A stretch of DNA of 64,000 nt from Mytilus californianus (lineage: Eukaryota): contig NW_026262709.1 in NCBI RefSeq assembly GCF_021869535.1, positions 62,001 to 126,000 of the forward strand, read 5' to 3'. This document shows positions 61,831-64,000 of the stretch, in pieces (position 1 is the first letter of the stretch; each line of letters opens with the position of its first letter). The notes under the pieces are model-generated. The model ran no database searches. It saw only the letters and a program-made list of their open reading frames with translations, and was not told where the DNA came from. The position numbers and the translations under genes were made by a program.

Positions 61831-64000
61831 GAATTGCATTGTTTATATTTACAGAATTGCAACCTATATTGGGTGAAAAAAGAGAACATGTAGAAGTAGA
61901 ATTTCACCAAATCTGGTTGATCTTCAGAGTCTTAATGAAATTAACTCAAATATAAAGTTTTATAAATATTTCATGAAGGTTGAGAAAATCCTGGGCTATT
62001 ACTATGATGACTCAGCATATATTCACAGTTTGCAATATACATAGTTTACCTGAAGCCCTGTATGCAAAGTAAATTCATAATAGATGCACATTTGTAATTT
62101 AAATTGTTAAGCAGTGATTATATTTACTCTTAGATCATTGATAAATATTGTTGTTGGGATGTTTTTGTCCTGTCGAAAACCCAAAAATAAGCCGTAACAC
62201 CTGAATGTGCTTTCTTTTGACCCCGGCATATACAAATACAAGCTAGAGATACAAAAATTCCTCAGTAAAACTAACAATAGTGTGTTTTATCCTAAAAATG
62301 TACTGAATATTCCATATTCACAGAAACAACAGAATTATTTTGCAAATTTGAGGTTCCAGGGGCAAAAAACTGAGAACAATCACTTGCCCATGGGTCATAA
62401 AACAGATAACTTAGTCTGTTAAGGCTATGATTTTATTATTACAAAGGTCTTTTGTAAAGAAAAACAATAACTGTGCTGTGCATTTATGCAAAAAAAAAAG
62501 ATTACATTACTCAGTTCTATAAAACTTTTAGTGAATTCATGTATCACACTGGTTAATTCATACATACAATTTTTGCAAATATGGCTTTGTTTGAAAACTT
62601 CTAGTCATATATTAACCAAATTATGTTAGATATATAGAAAGAGATAATACTAGTGTGCCAAGATTTCTAAACTGACCATGTGAGGCAGATCTTGTGAACT
62701 TTTATAGATAAAAAGGCATACAGTAAGATGTGTACTGGAGACAGAGGAAGGATTGGACACTTTATATAATCTTGAATGTTGCTATGATTAACAACTAAAC
62801 TTTACATTTATAGTATTCTGAAATGTTTTCAATTTGTTATCAGAATAGTTTCATACAGGTTCTAGGCATTTCATGTCAGAAAACATGCACATAGGATAAG
62901 GTGACATTGATTAAAGTCTTGTTTTCAAATTCTTTAAAAATTGAAACAGGGTGGGGGTAAAAATGTACTGTAAAAGAAAAGCTAGAGCATATGCAGTGAT
63001 TTTTGTTAGGCGCTGACTCTGATAAATAACTATTGTTGCGAGAAAATGTGTTTTTCAAAATTTTTCTATTAAAATAAATGTAAGTATGGGTTGCACTTTG
63101 TAGATACAGCTGTTTCACAAACCACGCCTCTTTTGGGGAGATATATAATAGTCATAGATATTTTGTTTCGTTTACCTCCTGGTTCCCAGATATGATCTCT
63201 ATGTTTCATCTCGTAGAAACATGACATGGAAATGTTCCCAGAAATATACACATGCATAGCGGTCAAATTGAAATCTAAGTTCGGGGCATATAAATCTTGA
63301 AAATATGCCGTACAGCCCTATATTGTGACCTTTGAAAAAAATTGTAGTGCATATGAGCTTTCCATTCTAGGATATATATTTTTTTACGAAACTTCCTAGT
63401 AAAAATGGTACAGTTTTAGCCGTCTATGGAGTTCCTATGGGAAATTGCATTGTCTATATTTACAGAATTGCAATCTATATTGGGTGAAAAAAGAGAACAT
63501 GTAGAATTTCACCAAATCTGGTTTATCTTCAAAGTCTTAATGAAATTGACTCAAATATAAAGTTCTATAAATATTTCATGAAGATTGAGAAAATCCCGGG
63601 CTATTACGTACTATGATGACTCAGCATAAATTCACAGTTTGCAATATACATGTACATAGTTTACCTGAAGCCCTGTATGCAAAGTAAATTCATAATATAT
63701 GCACATTAGTAATCTGAATTGTTAAGCAGTGCTTATATTTACTCTTCGCAGTCATTGAAACTCATAGATCATTGATAAATATTGTTGTTAGGATGTTTTT
63801 GTCCTGTCGAAAACCCAAAAGTAAGCCGTAACACCTGAATGTGCTTTCTTGTGACCGCGGTATAAAAAAAAATACAAGCTTGAGATACAAAAATTCCTCA
63901 ATAAAACTAACAATAGTGTGTTTTGTCCTAAAAAAGTACTAAATATTCCATAGTTCACAGAAACAGCAGAATTATTTTACAAATTTGAGCTCCCAGGGGC
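61831..64000. repeat. Direct repeat of ~530-560 bp (61831-62362 and 63441-64000, truncated by the window end), period ~1.6 kb
   Basis: Colinear from 'gaattgcattgt.tatatttacagaattgc' to 'ccaggggc', with small indels; ~90% identical by eye. Confidence 0.9.

Overview
AT-rich eukaryotic genomic DNA. The repeat content is most consistent with a bivalve, probably a Mytilus-type mussel (inference). One host gene runs on the minus strand across almost the whole window. It has 11 well-supported exons (56338 to 1052) encoding a type I membrane protein: F-type-lectin (FTP/FA58C-like) domain, EGF-like module, second FTP-like domain, five EGF-like modules and a transmembrane helix. As assembled it carries one in-frame TGA and one 1-nt deletion. 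A 41.8-kb intron splits its first lectin domain and is packed with mobile DNA. That DNA includes two adjacent Neptune-type Penelope-like elements (PLEs) inserted in (TA)n, each with ~600-700 bp inverted arms and minimal hammerhead-ribozyme (HHR) motifs; a nearly intact L1/Tx1-type LINE with a 2-kb inter-ORF spacer; and many decayed Naiad-like PLE RT fragments, SINEs, MITE-like foldbacks and a local tandem duplication. The most informative observation is a 386-bp HHR 'retrozyme'-type insertion present in only one copy of that duplication: its 5' end maps to within 1 nt of the predicted self-cleavage site. All coordinates were read by hand, and repeat boundaries are approximate unless stated otherwise.
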